Below are positions 1 through 12,662 of a stretch of 27,064 nt of DNA, in pieces. The notes below the pieces were generated by a model. That model searched no databases. It was not told the DNA's origin and saw only the letters and a program-made list of their open reading frames with translations. Position numbers and translations under genes: made by a program. Numbering within the stretch: position 1 is the first letter of the stretch; every line of letters starts with the position of its first letter. The stretch is taken from positions 1 to 27,064 of IMG/VR virus record IMGVR_UViG_3300023210_000175. One strand, 5' to 3'. The DNA is from a virus (taxonomy: Duplodnaviria > Caudoviricetes).

Positions 1-2
1 GC

Positions 3-1775
3 TGGTTGTTTAGTCCATTCAGTTCAAACTAAATACCAAAAAGGTGCATTAGTTTGTGCTGGTAAATTAAGTGTTATATCTTCATCCATTAATATTCAAC
101 TTGAAGTAGAAGTATAAACTAAGCTATTATTAGCTAATCAATTAATTCATAATCAACTTACATATTGAGTTCATCTAGTTATATGATTATATAAATGAGT
201 TTGTGTATCCATACTTCTTCAATGTCTTTCTTCTCAGAATAATATTATTTCTGAAGTTGTAGCATTCCAATATATAACTGAAATAAATGCACAAGTGTAA
301 AAAGCTCAAAGTATATCTGTTACTGAAGATAAGTTACCACTTGAATCAAAACAAATCATTCTTTCTCCTGTAGTATCTGCAAAGTTTATTTGTTCTAATC
401 CTGTTTTTACAAACTCTGTATTATTAACCATAAAACTATACTCTGTTTCTCAGTTTTCAGGATAAATAGCAAATCATCTAGCACTTGCTGGAGTTTGATA
501 TGCTGTTCAATTAGCAAAGTTTCAAGAAGAATTAGTAAATAACACTCAACTACTATCTCTACCAACTATATTAGTTCAATCTTCTGATATTTCTATTCTT
601 CAATTTGTTACTAGATTAAATCTATCAAATCAAGTCTTATCATCAACCTTTACTTCATTTATTGTCTTCCCTCAATCTTTTATTAGTTTACCTGTAGTTG
701 AGTCATAAGTTGCTATATTATTATCTTCTGCTGAAGTAGGTCAGACAACTAAATCACTTAAATTTTGTATTGATGGAACTCTAACTGCTAACACTCAATT
801 AACTGCATGTGCATATAATACGAATGCAACTGGTATTTCTATATTTGGAGAAGAAGGAGCTACATTAGTTAAGTTTCAAGCTATAGTTGGACTTGCATAT
901 AAAATATCTCAATCATTCCAAGTTTCACTTACTGTAGTTCAAGAAGTATCTATAGTATTAATCTTTCAAAAATGAGTTATAAATCCATCTGCACTATTTG
1001 CTATATTTTCTGTAACTATACCTAATGTAAACATTCAAGGTATACTTCAGTCTGCTATATATGGAGCTATTGTCATTTTACCACTTGATCATAAAGTTCA
1101 AGAAGCATATACTATAGTCCCATTATCTATTTGGCTTCAAGTATTATTTCTACCATACCAATATTGCTCTTGTCATATTTGTTGTGTTACATTTGCTGTA
1201 TGTACTAAATCCATTGTTTGTTCATTAGTATTCCAAGACATACTTCAAATATTTGTAGGTGCTACTGATGGCGTTAAATCAACACTTAATCATCAAATGT
1301 TACCTAAATTTCAATTATCATCTTGTGTAACTGTTCAATCTTGTATTAATTTACCTGTAGTTGTATCAAATCTTACTAAAGCATTATCTGTAGCAGAAGC
1401 TGGTCAAACAACATTAGCAGCCCCTCAACCACTTCAATTAGAAGCACTTGTTATTCTACCTTTACTGTCTACTGTAATATCAGTATTTGTATAACTTCAA
1501 GCTGCAACTGTTGTTGTTTTTAAATCAGCCTTAATATCTTGTCATGTAAGAGTTAAATCTATTTCAGCAGTATCCGTAACAGTTATATCTCATGTATTTG
1601 TTCATGATAAATTAGATACTTTTGTTTGTTCAGCATCAGTATAATTATTGTCTGATAATTCTTTTCAAACAACTTTATCCACTTTTAAGGCAAGTTCTGC
1701 TGTAGTGTCAGCTGGAAGGTTAGAAATGGCTTCTCAATCAATAAGTCTGTTAGATCCGATAGTTCTTTCACTCAT
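3..1775 (-). CDS. Tail fibre / receptor-binding protein (3' end truncated by the window edge)
   Basis: Open frame with TGA=Gly, starting MSERTIGSNRLIDGEAISNLP. Carries tail-fibre-type motifs KVDKVVGKELSDNNYTDAEQTKV and VAAGSYTNTDITVDSKGRITSASNG, plus two copies of VVGP.S..DN....D.TTGKLI.D. T/S/G-rich; last gene of the virion module. Confidence 0.8.
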
Positions 1776-1806
1776 AGTTTTTAATAATTAAATATTATAT
1801 ATTTTT

Positions 1807-1834
1807 ATTGTAAGGATTTTAAATAGTTTTGCAA
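1807..1834 (-). promoter_or_regulatory. sigma70-like promoter TTGCAA-N16-TACAAT for the tail fibre gene
   Basis: -35 at 1829-1834 and -10 at 1807-1812, intergenic and just upstream of ATG 1775. Confidence 0.65.
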
Positions 1835-1838
1835 AGTT

Positions 1839-1869
1839 AAAAAGTAGAGTTTTGAAGTTCTACTTTTTT
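1839..1869 (-). terminator. Putative intrinsic terminator after the polyvalent protein gene
   Basis: AAAAAGTAGA-10 nt-TCTACTTTTT inverted repeat overlapping the TAG stop. Confidence 0.5.
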
Positions 1870-4800
1870 AGCACTTTAATCTTCTTAAAATCATCTAAAG
1901 GATTACCATTCTCTTTTATAAATTGTTTAATCAACTCTCTTCTAGTTCAACTATTCTTAACATTTTGTAATCAAGTTAGTAATTTATCATAAACTCAAGA
2001 TTCAAGTTTAAGTTTTAATTTCTTAATATCACTTAATTCTCTTCAAGCTCAAGATAAATCTAATAAATCATCTACAGCACTTTCACTTAATCAAGTGTCT
2101 TTAGTTATTATTTGTTTACTTCTTGCTATATCTTCAGTTAAATCAGGAGCTTTCTTTTTTAATTCAGTATCTGCAAGTCTTTTCTCAACATTTCTTGCCT
2201 CTACTTCTCAAGCATTTCTTTTATATCATTCACTTCATGCTGCTTTTAAATTTGTACCACTAGCAAATCATTCAGTTTTTTGAATATTATGTTGAAGTTC
2301 ATGTAATAAAGTTGCTTTTTCTTTATCAGTAAGTTTATAAACATTTTTCATTGTTCAATCATATACTCACTCTAAATTCTTAGGTACATTAGGAGCTGAG
2401 TTTCTTGTTGAATATTTTTGTATAAGTTTATTCTTCCAAAGTAATGAATCAATTTTTAATTTATCAGTATTAAATGTAATTATATTAGTACCTGGATCAA
2501 ACTTAGCAGTTGCTCAAGATTTAATTTCTTTAAATACAACTTTAGTATCTTTTAAAATAGGATATTGTTCAAATAATTGTTTATGGTCTAATACTTCTGT
2601 TAACTTTAATCATTTATCTCATTCTATAGTCATAGTTCATTTAATCTTAGCTAAACTATCATCTATTTCAAACTTCCATTTTCAATCTTTTCATTTATTC
2701 CAACCTGTTTTTTCCCATATCTCTTGACTTGTTTTTCAAGCACTTTTCATATTCTTAGCTCTTTCTAAAGTTGTTACAGGAGCTTTTAATGCTCATTCTC
2801 AACCAAGTAACTTAGCTTTTACTCATGGAATATTATCAGATAATTCTTCAAATAAATCTCAAAGTTTATCTTTTAGTTTTTCTCAATACTTCCTTACATA
2901 TTTTTCTACTATTTTATAAGCTTGTTTTGTGTATTCTTTAGCAACTCACAAGTTTTTTACAATATTGTTAGATACTTGTTTAATTTGAGCAGGTGTTTTA
3001 ATCTTAGATCATAGCTTAATTATTTCATCTGCTATTTTTTCAAGTGCTTTAGTTTCAACAAAAGCTTTTTTGTTTATTGTGTTTGTAGACTTAACTAAAT
3101 CATCTGTAAAATTCTTTGTAAGTGATTCTTTAATATTTGGAATCATTTCATCAAATACTTCTTTTTTCCAGTATCATGCTCTATCATAAAAAGCTTTACT
3201 TCATTTATTTACTGATACGTATTGTTCTATCATTCTAGCTGTGATTTCTTTATCACTTGCCCAATATTTTCTTCCTCTATATCAATCTTTTACTTCATTA
3301 AAAGATATTTTACCTTTATTAATAAGGCTTTTGTTAAATAATTTATTATCTATCATATAATCAAGAGAGTGTCCTATTTCATGAGCTAATGTAGGATTAA
3401 TCTTTTTTATAACCATTTTTCAATCTGCTCATTTAAATTTAATTTCTTCTACTCCTCCTATAGATATACTATTCCCATTTTTAGTTTGTCTATATAATCC
3501 TGCTGTGTTTTTCATAAGAAAAGGATTTTTTCAGCTTAAATGTGATATAACCACTCTTTTATCTGTATATAATTTATTGATGTCAATTCAAGTTGCATCT
3601 GTAAAATCAGTTATTCATTCAACTACTTCATCAATTTGCTCTTTTAATATCTCTTTCCCATCTTGCCTTTTCATTCATACAGATATTCTATCATCAAACT
3701 TAATTCTTGAATCATCTACTCAAAATGATGTAGAAACTCCTTTTTCAAACCTCTCTCTATTATTAACAGCAGTTTTAAAAGACTTATCATAGTTCAATAC
3801 CTCATCAGGATATTTATATCATTTACTAATGTCTTTTTTAATCTTTGAAATATATACTTTTTTAATTGCATCATCTCACATAGATTTAATATTTTCAATT
3901 CATGGTGCTATTTTTGTATAATCTCTACCTAAAATTTCTTTTAATTTAAGTTTAATCTCTAGTTTTTTAAAGTAGTCTACATTTTCATTTACATATCTTT
4001 CAACATTTCTTTTCCTAATTCATTCATATTTTCAGTCTTTTAATCCTTGTTTATAAGTATTGTATTCATCAAAACTCTTTTTACTTCATCCTCTTATATC
4101 TGTTTTATTTCCTCTATAATCAGGTTTAATATCATCCCATGCTTTAATTAGCTCATCATATTCAGATTTAATCCCTTTTATTCATGCTTCAGGCGTTAAT
4201 TGTTGGTGTGCAACCAAATCAGGAGCTATTCTTTTAGCTCATACTTTTTTAGCTTCATCAGCCATAGAACTTCACTTAGGTAAAGTTTCAAAAGCTTCTG
4301 TAGTTTTAGATTCTACTTTCTTTCAAGGCACTTTTATTTTTGTTTCCATTTTTTGTGTTTTAGGAGTTAATGTATTAACATTATCTCACACTTTTTTTTT
4401 GCTGTCAATTTTTGAAGTCTTTTTTGGGGTTTTAATTACTTTTTCAGGCATATCTTTTATTGCTCTGTCTAAATATTCTAACTCGCTATATAATGAATCT
4501 TTATATCTATGACCTGTTTCATAAGTAGCTTCTCATAATTTAGTTTCTTTTCATACTGAAATAAATCATTCTCAATCTCTTTTTACAACTTTTACATACA
4601 CTCATCATTTTGAATAAATAGTTGTAAAATCATTAGGGGTTTCTTTTTTGTATCAATTGTATTTTAAGTATTTTTCCATACTTCAATCATCAGTATATTT
4701 ACCTTTGAATTCATCAGGAATAATTCTTCATTGTTCAGTTACTCATTCTTTTCTTATTTTATCACTTTGTGCTTGGATTTTTTCTCATCATTTTGTTACC

Positions 4801-7001
4801 TTCTTTGATTTTTGTTCTACAGTTTTTTCCACACCCTTTTCTTCGCTTACCTTAGCCATTTCTTTTTCAGATTTTTTTTCCACTTTTTTAGTAGGCTCTT
4901 TTTTGGTTTTTGGAGTAGGTTTTTTCGGAACTTTAATAGGTGTTTTTGTTGTACCTATTTTAGTTTTTTCTAAACCTTTTTTACTTTCTTGAATTATAGC
5001 TTTTTCAGCTGTTTGTGGGGTTATTACTGGTTCTTTCTTTCAAACTGGTAATGCTTTTTGAGGTTCTTTTGGTTTTATTATTTCTTTTGGTTTTAAAGTT
5101 ACATCAATATCCTCTTTTCAAGTCATCTTTTGAATTTTACTTCAAAGTGTAGCTTTTTTAGGTCAATGTAATTTAAATAATTCTTTAACTATATTATTAG
5201 GATTTTCTTTTCTTTTCTTTAATGCAGAGAAAGTTTTTCATAAAGCTCATTTAGCAAATTGTGATACATCTCATGTCATACCTCAAATAATCATTTCAGG
5301 CAAAGTAAAAATATCAGTTAATCATGTTAATCAACCTTTAGTATTTCTTGTAAATACTCACATTCTTCTAGCTAAATCTTTTTCTACAGTTCTTAAAGCT
5401 CAATATTCTTTCATTAAAGCTTTATTAGTTTTTCATAATACTGCTTCAATATTATTATCAAATAAGTTTCACATAGCTCTAGCAACAATACTATCTGCTA
5501 ATAATTGTTCTTTATCTGTAGTCATTAATTCTGACCATTTATTTGCAGGTACTTTTTGTCCTTGTTTTGTCTTTATAAATAATAAATCCTCTTGTGATAA
5601 TTTATTAGTGTTTGTAAATTGTTCTATATATTCATCAAGCTTTTTTTCTAATTTAGGATAAGCTTTCATTGTTAATTGTCATTCTTTTGTTGCTTTCCAA
5701 TCAAATACTGTATCAGCTATTTCTTGCTCTTTTGTTGATTTAGTAACATAATCTTGATTTTTTTCTACAGTTTTCCATACATCTTTTTTACTATCTCATA
5801 CTTTATTTAAAGCATCCATTCAATCTGAAGGTATACCTTTCCTTGTTGCAGCTGATTCAATTCATTCTCTAATTTTACTATTATATACAGCTATTTTAGG
5901 AGCAGTATCTTTTCAAACTATAGAAGGTCTTAATCATCTTGATATTAAATCATCTGATTTAGCTATATCAACTCATTTTTGTATTACTGGTTTTTTAGTA
6001 ATAATAGGAGTTACAATAGGTTCTTGTCATACAACTCATCTAAATTCTTGTCATCAAGTTTCAATTCTTTCTTTTAAAATTTTTCATGTATCTTTAAGTT
6101 TTTTTATTGGTCAAGTATTTCAACTAATTATTTTAGGAGCTTGATATTGTAAAGGTTTAGGTGCGATTATTCATGATGGTATAGTAGGTTTAACAATAGG
6201 AGCTACTGGAGGAGTTACAACTTGTTTAGCTGTTTGTTCAATTATTTCTTTTCAAACTTGTTTAGCAGGTTGCTTTAATAAACTAATACCCCATAAATCA
6301 GCAAAAAATTCTAATCATTTCATAGTTGCTCTTTGATTTCTTGCTTTACCTGGATCAGTTTCTTTTAATTCTTCATACTCTGAACTTATTTTTTGATAAG
6401 CTTCTCAAACCTTTTCTCATACTTTTGTATCAGCTACTTTTCAAACTAAAGCTTTTAACTCTTCTTCTGTTGATTCAGGTGTTAATACATCCATAGTAGA
6501 CATAAACAACTCTCTAAGAGGTGTTAATGCCACATCTCAACTCTCTAATAACATTTGCATTCAAGTATCAAAAGCTCCTTGTTCTCATTTTCTTAATCAT
6601 TCAGCACTTGCTTTATATCATTCTATATTTCATTTAATTTGTTCAGCCATTCTAGGTAAGATTTGTTCTTCCTCTAAAGGCTTTGATAATCAACCTATAA
6701 CTTCTTCTCAAACTCATTTTAAATATGAAGGAGCTTTTTTTACAGCCTCAAAAGCTTGTCATACAGGATGTTTTTTTAGAACTTTTGATATAAATCATTC
6801 CTCTTTTGGTTGCTCTAATCCTTTTTCTAAACTAGAAATACCTGTAGCAAAAGTTTGTGGTTCTTGTACAGGTGTTTGTTCTATAGTATCAAATAATCAA
6901 TCATTAACTGCTTGTTTATAGGCAACATTTATTTCATCTCTTGATTTATTTAAGTCTTTACCTCTTTGTATAAAAGATTGTACTTTAGTTTCATTTAACA
7001 T
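1860..7001 (-). CDS. Large polyvalent / internal virion (ejection) protein, 1713 aa, with an LPD1-like zincin, LPD23 and a second zincin-like metallopeptidase
   Basis: Single frame MLNETKVQSFIQRG...KIKVLKK-TAG with TGA=Gly, containing track ORF 5469-5669. Motifs: TLAHEIGHSLDY...YWASDKEITARMIEQYV (HExxH at 3369-3383, LPD1-like), IWEKTGWNKGKDGKWKFEIDDS (LPD23-like), LLHELQHNIQKTEGFASG...GEVEARNVEKR (HExxH at 2289-2303). Confidence 0.82.
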
Positions 7002-7003
7002 TT

Positions 7004-10000
7004 TTAGTAGTATTTATCAAATAAATCATCACTTGTAGGTTCTTTAGTTTCTACTCAAAAGTAAGAATCAAATTCATTATCCCCTCCATTTACTTGTCTT
7101 CATGTTCACAAAGCAGCTCATATTGCAGCTCCTTTACTTCATAAGGTTTGTGTATTTGATATATCTACAGGTGCTTTTCAAGTATATTTTTCTAGTCTAG
7201 CTACATTATTTCTAATTTCTTCATTATTTATTTCAGGTAATCAAGCATTTTTTCTTGCTATATTATAATCCCTTGTCATTTTTTTCATAATAACATCTAT
7301 TTTTCAAAATGCTTTTTCTGGATTATCTCTTATTGAAGGAATAACATTATCTAAAAATTTACTTTCTGATTCAGTAACAGCTGTACCTGATATTTTATTT
7401 CTGTATTCAGCTACATATAATGCTAAGTTTCATAACATTTCTTGAAAATCTGAATCTCATGTAATATATGTATTTACCATTTCTGATTTCCATCCTTCAA
7501 TAGGTCAGAATCTATCTTCATATTTTTCTAATCATTCTGTCATTTTATCATAAGTTCCCATATATCATTGTACTTCTGTTACAGGATTTTCATCTCATTT
7601 TCTTTTAAATCTTGCATCTTCAATAATATTCATAGCACCTTGATAATTACCATTATTTATTTGTTCTGAAACTTCTCATGGTAAATCTGTATTTACTCAA
7701 TAAGTATACTTTTTAAATTTATCTAAAGCAGTACCCATTTTAGTATCTCACTCATTTGTATCGTATAAATAATATCATGCGAATCTATCTATTATTCATT
7801 GATCATCGTATCAAGCTTCTCTTAAATCTACAAAATCTTCATAAAAACTTTGTCTTTCCTCCTCACTTGTTTGTTTACCCGATATAGCAAATAACATTTT
7901 CTTTAATTTAACCCTATCTTCTACTGATAAATCAATAGTTTCTTTCCATTTATTATACTGGTCTTTAGCTCATTGTAAATCTGTTCATAACATCTCTGAT
8001 AAATCATCAAACTTTCATTTATTTCAAAGATTTTTAAATAATGATACTTGTGAATCAGTAAATCATTCATCAATTCCCCTAAACTCATAATGTCCATAAT
8101 CTCATCTAGCTATTGTTTCTTCAGGTCTAAAGAATCAATTTTTATTCATTTCAGCATCAATTCATTCAAAATATTTAACTTTATCCTCTCATTCAGGTAA
8201 AACTACATCAACAGCATTTCATTCCATGTGTGGAGAATTAGTTGTCCATGTTACTATATTTTCTTCAGGTTGTGCATAACTTGCATCAATTCAAGCAGCA
8301 GTTAATTCTTCTGCTGTTCTCCCTTGTCCATATAAAGCATATTGATCCTCTTGTGTTCTATATAAATTAGATATATCAAATTGTATATCTGAGTTTGTAT
8401 CCATTATAGCATTTATTCAGTCTACAAGTCATTTAGTAGCTGTTATTTGAGTTCAATCATTTAATGTATATGTATCTAGTTTAGCTTGTTCAGCTGATAT
8501 ATTAGTTGCTTCTTCTTTTGGTACATTTTCTCATGTAATAGCACTTTTAAACTCTCATGTTCTTTGATTATATAAAAAGTTATCATCATATTTAGCCCAG
8601 TCTTGATAAGTTTTTCAATCAGCAACAGTAGTTTGTGTAAATCTTTCATCTGTTCTCATTTCAGCTACAACTTGAGCTGGAGTATTTCACTCTGAAAGTA
8701 ATGTATTAACCTTAGCTATATCATCTGTTGTTAAATTAGCAGTTTTACCTAATACAGTTTGAATTGAATTAGTCATGATATTCTTTAAATCAGTTAATTT
8801 AGCTTGTGATAATGTTCAAGCTGTAACTTCATTAGCAAGAGTAGTTAAATTAGTGTTTTGTAATAATTCAGCATCATTTGCTAAATATTCGTTAAATCTA
8901 ACATTTAATTTACCGTTTACTAATTCTTGTTCTTTATCATATAAATCAATAGCAGCATTAGTTCTGATTTGTTCATTTCTTAATAATTGTTGAAATTGTC
9001 AAACAGCAGCCATATCCATGCTTTGATATTCTTTTGCTATATCATTTAAAGCTTCAGTTAAAGCTTCACTTCAAGCTCAATATTTATCAGTTAATCCACT
9101 TAATTGTAGACCAGCATTATATTTAATGTCTTTTATTTGACTATTAAATTCATCAGTAGCTCTTTGAACTCATTTATTATAATCTTCTGTTAATCTTTCT
9201 AAATTAGTTGTATCTGTACCCTCATATCTCTCTAAAGAAGTACTTAATTTATTTATTATTTTTTGTCCATCATCTTTAATATTTTTAATACCTTGTGCAT
9301 ATCATGAACTTCTTAATCATCCTGTCCAAGCTCATTGAGCTGTTGCAAATTGTACATTTCTGTCAATATTTTCTTGTACTCAATCAATAGCTAATTCAGT
9401 ATCATCTTTCATGTTTTGAAGATTTGTTTTCATATCTTCTTTAGTCCTTCTGAAATTAGTATCAGCATCTGCCATTCATTGATCAAACTTTGTTGTTCAA
9501 GTATTCTTTTTTCATTCCTCACTTAAAATAAGATTATCTTCAAAAATTGTTCAAGAATCTTTTATATTATTAATATCTACTCAAAATCTATCTGCTAAAG
9601 TTTGATTTTGTTCATCTGTTAATTCAGATGTTCAGAACTCTTTGTATAATTCTATTTTTGCATCTCTTACTGAATTATATAAATCATTTACTTTATTATA
9701 ATTTGTATAATTTCATCTATTTTTTTCATAATTAGATGCTCCTCTTTCAAATTCCTTTAATTTAGTATCTACTGCTTTTCATTCTTCTTTTTCTATTCTA
9801 GCTCTTTCATCTCTTAATTTATTATCCATTTCCCATTTAGCATATTCTTCTTGGAAAGTTCATTGTGAATCTACATCAAAATCTTGATTTGTGTCTACTT
9901 TTCAAGTAGTTCAAGTAGTATCTTGTCATGGTATCTTAATTTTACCTCAAACAGTTGATTTAGGTGTATATTGATTAACATCAGGTATTTTTACTTGTGG

Positions 10001-10177
10001 CTCTTCATATCATTTAGCATCTATTTGTTCTCATCATGAAAGACCTGTATCTTGTACAGGGTCTTTTGGTAATAATCAAGCATTTCATATAGCTCATTTT
10101 GTTCTTTCAAGTCAAAACTTCTCTATAGACTGTTTTACTTTGTTTGGATCTAAATCTTTATAATTCTTTATTGCCAT
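7004..10177 (-). CDS. Internal virion / DNA-ejection protein (1057 aa) with a peptidase M15 (L-Ala-D-Glu peptidase-like) domain
   Basis: Frame MAIKNYKDLDPNKVKQ...DDLFDKYY-TAA with coiled-coil, Q/D/T-rich N-half. At about 8080-8390: LYRTQEDQYALYGQGRT...IVTWTTNSPHMEGNAVDVV...DYGHYEF. C-terminal SGTAVTESEVKFLDNVIPSIRD motif resembles podophage ejection proteins. Follows the nozzle gene. Confidence 0.78.
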
Positions 10178-10187
10178 AATAGTTTAA

Positions 10188-12656
10188 TTAAAATTTATTA
10201 TTAATATCAGAGTAATTAGTTACAGTAGCCATAGTTCATAATATATCTAAGATAAAATCTTGAGTTGTGCTATCACTTTCTATCTTTATTTTTATTCTCT
10301 TTCACATTCTATAAATCCTTCCTGCATCAGCTGTTTTTTCAAAAGGTGTTAATGTTGAAACATAATCTCCTCCTGGATCAGTTCATGCTGTTACCGTATC
10401 TGTAAAGACTTGTGTTCCATCTATATATACAGTATATGTTAAAGTTGTTAAATATCAACATCAACCTGCTGTAAAAAATCAATTAAACATTTTTTCTAAT
10501 ACAGTACCTAAATTCATATCTTGTGTTTGAATTTCAAAAGGAATTGCAACTCAGTTATCATTATATCCTATATCATCTTTATATATACTTGTATCTACAT
10601 CTGATAATCCATAATAATCTAATCAGTCTTCTACTACAAAATTATAATATTTATTTGTATCTACACTAAATGTATCATTAGTTATATCATAAATTATTGT
10701 AATATCATTTATTGTTGAATCTTTTGTTCTTAAATGAAATTGTATTGTTTCATCTTTCTTGTTATATATTGCAAAAGCATTAGGTTGATTATCATCTACT
10801 GTAGCTATTAATTCTTTAACTCATATAACTGGTCTTGAGCTTAATGTTCATACAGAAGCACTAGCAGTCCCTTGTATATAATTAACTGTTTGAATTTGTA
10901 ATGATTTAGTTACATAGAATATTTTATCTCAACTACTAGCTATACAATGATTATTTACTGGCTCTCAACTCTTTCATAAAGGAGCTGATATAAATGTTGC
11001 ACTTCAAGCTACATTTTGTAAAGCATTAGCACCTAAAAATTCTACTTTTTTTTCTGTAAATATATATAATCAATTCATTGTTCATTCTAAACCTACTATT
11101 GTATCATCATAAACTATATTTTGACTACCAGCTCATGTAAAATCATAAGCATATTCAGGATTAGCTGCTGTTATAGGTCTTGATATATATAAACTACCTG
11201 TAGTTCATGAAATTGTATATAAAGCATCTAAATTAAACTGTATATCTCAATGTACTGCATAAGCAGCAGTTGTTTCATACATAACAAAATATACATCTCT
11301 GTCATAAGGAAATATAGTTGTCCAACTTGTTCATGTTCATTGAGTTCTTGTTAATTCTCATCCTGAATACATTGGTCTACCTGAATTTGAAACATTAGTA
11401 TGTACATTATAAAAATTTACATTATTAAATGTTCAGTCTTTTTCAAATAATATATAATAAGCTTCACTTGTAGTTAATGTCAAACTTCATGTAAGAGCTA
11501 CTGATAATTTAGTTATACTACTTCATATAGAAGTATCAGCTATTGTAGCTTCACTTGTAATTAAAACATCATCTGAAGTTCTGTATATTCATACTTTTAC
11601 ATCTGCTGTAGGACTATTTACTTTACTTAAATAAAAATCTAAATTAGGATTTGTTACTGTTGCATCTATAGTGAAAGTTTGTCTAACTTTTCTATTACTA
11701 TCTGATAATGTACCAAAATCTGTTGTAGACCATGGGTCTTCTCAAGATAAATAATCTATAATTATATCATCTTGATAAAAACTATTTTCTCAACCTGTAT
11801 ATACATCTGTTTCACTTCATTTTAAAGCATAATAGTTTGTGTCATCTAAACTTGAACTTCTTGAAAGCTTTATATAATATGCTTCAGCCGTTGTTAATGG
11901 TAAAGCTCATGTTAAACTAACTGTTGTAGACACAGCAGAAGTTGTTAAACTTGTTCATGCCACTGTTCATACATTTGTGATTAAAGCATCATCTGAAGTT
12001 CTATAAATAGCTACATTTAAGTTATCTGTAGGACTTCATTCTTTATATAATTCTAAAGTTACTTCAGGATTATCAATTGCATCACTTAAAGTAATACTTT
12101 GTTTTAAATATTGTCCATAAGCACTTCCTGCAATATCATTTCAAATATAAAAATCATCAGGTCATTGATTTTGGTCTATACTAAAAGTTAATCCACTTCA
12201 TCAAACAAGAAAAGAATACCCTCTTGTATACTCAATAATTCAAGTATTAGCATCAGGTACTGTTGTCGGTGTAGTTTCTAATCATGTTCAATTAAAAACC
12301 TCTAAATCTTGCTTATTACTTACTATAATAGCAAAATCTTTGTATACTAAAATATCAACTCTTTGATTATATGGTAAAGTTGCTCTTTCAGTTTGAACTC
12401 ATGAATCTTTATTTACTTCATAAATCTTACTATTTGCTACTTGGTATAATTTACCTTGCATTATAAAACCTCATTTATTATTAGTTCATAATGTACTTGA
12501 AGTTAATTCCTCAAAACCTCTTCTAGCTCATAAACCTCAATCGTATATTCTCACATTATTTGCCACAGTTAAATATTCTGTAGGTATTTTATTGATTGAT
12601 TTACTAGCTACAAGCAGTTTTTGTCAGAATTTATCTATAGGAATTGTATTTGGCAT
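10188..12656 (-). CDS. Tail nozzle / DNA stabilisation protein (P22 gp10- or T7 gp12-like), 822 aa
   Basis: Frame MPNTIPIDKFGQK...NVRIYDGGLGARRGF...YSDINNKF-TAA. Beta-rich propeller-like composition, C-terminal GVAIPFEIQTQDMNLG...GERIKIKIES. Lies between adaptor and ejection genes. Confidence 0.7.
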
Positions 12657-12662
12657 TTTTTA

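Noticed and set aside
1860-10177. Tape measure protein call for the two long ORFs
   Set aside because: No tail tube, sheath or chaperone genes. The adaptor-nozzle context and domain content fit podovirus ejection and polyvalent proteins.
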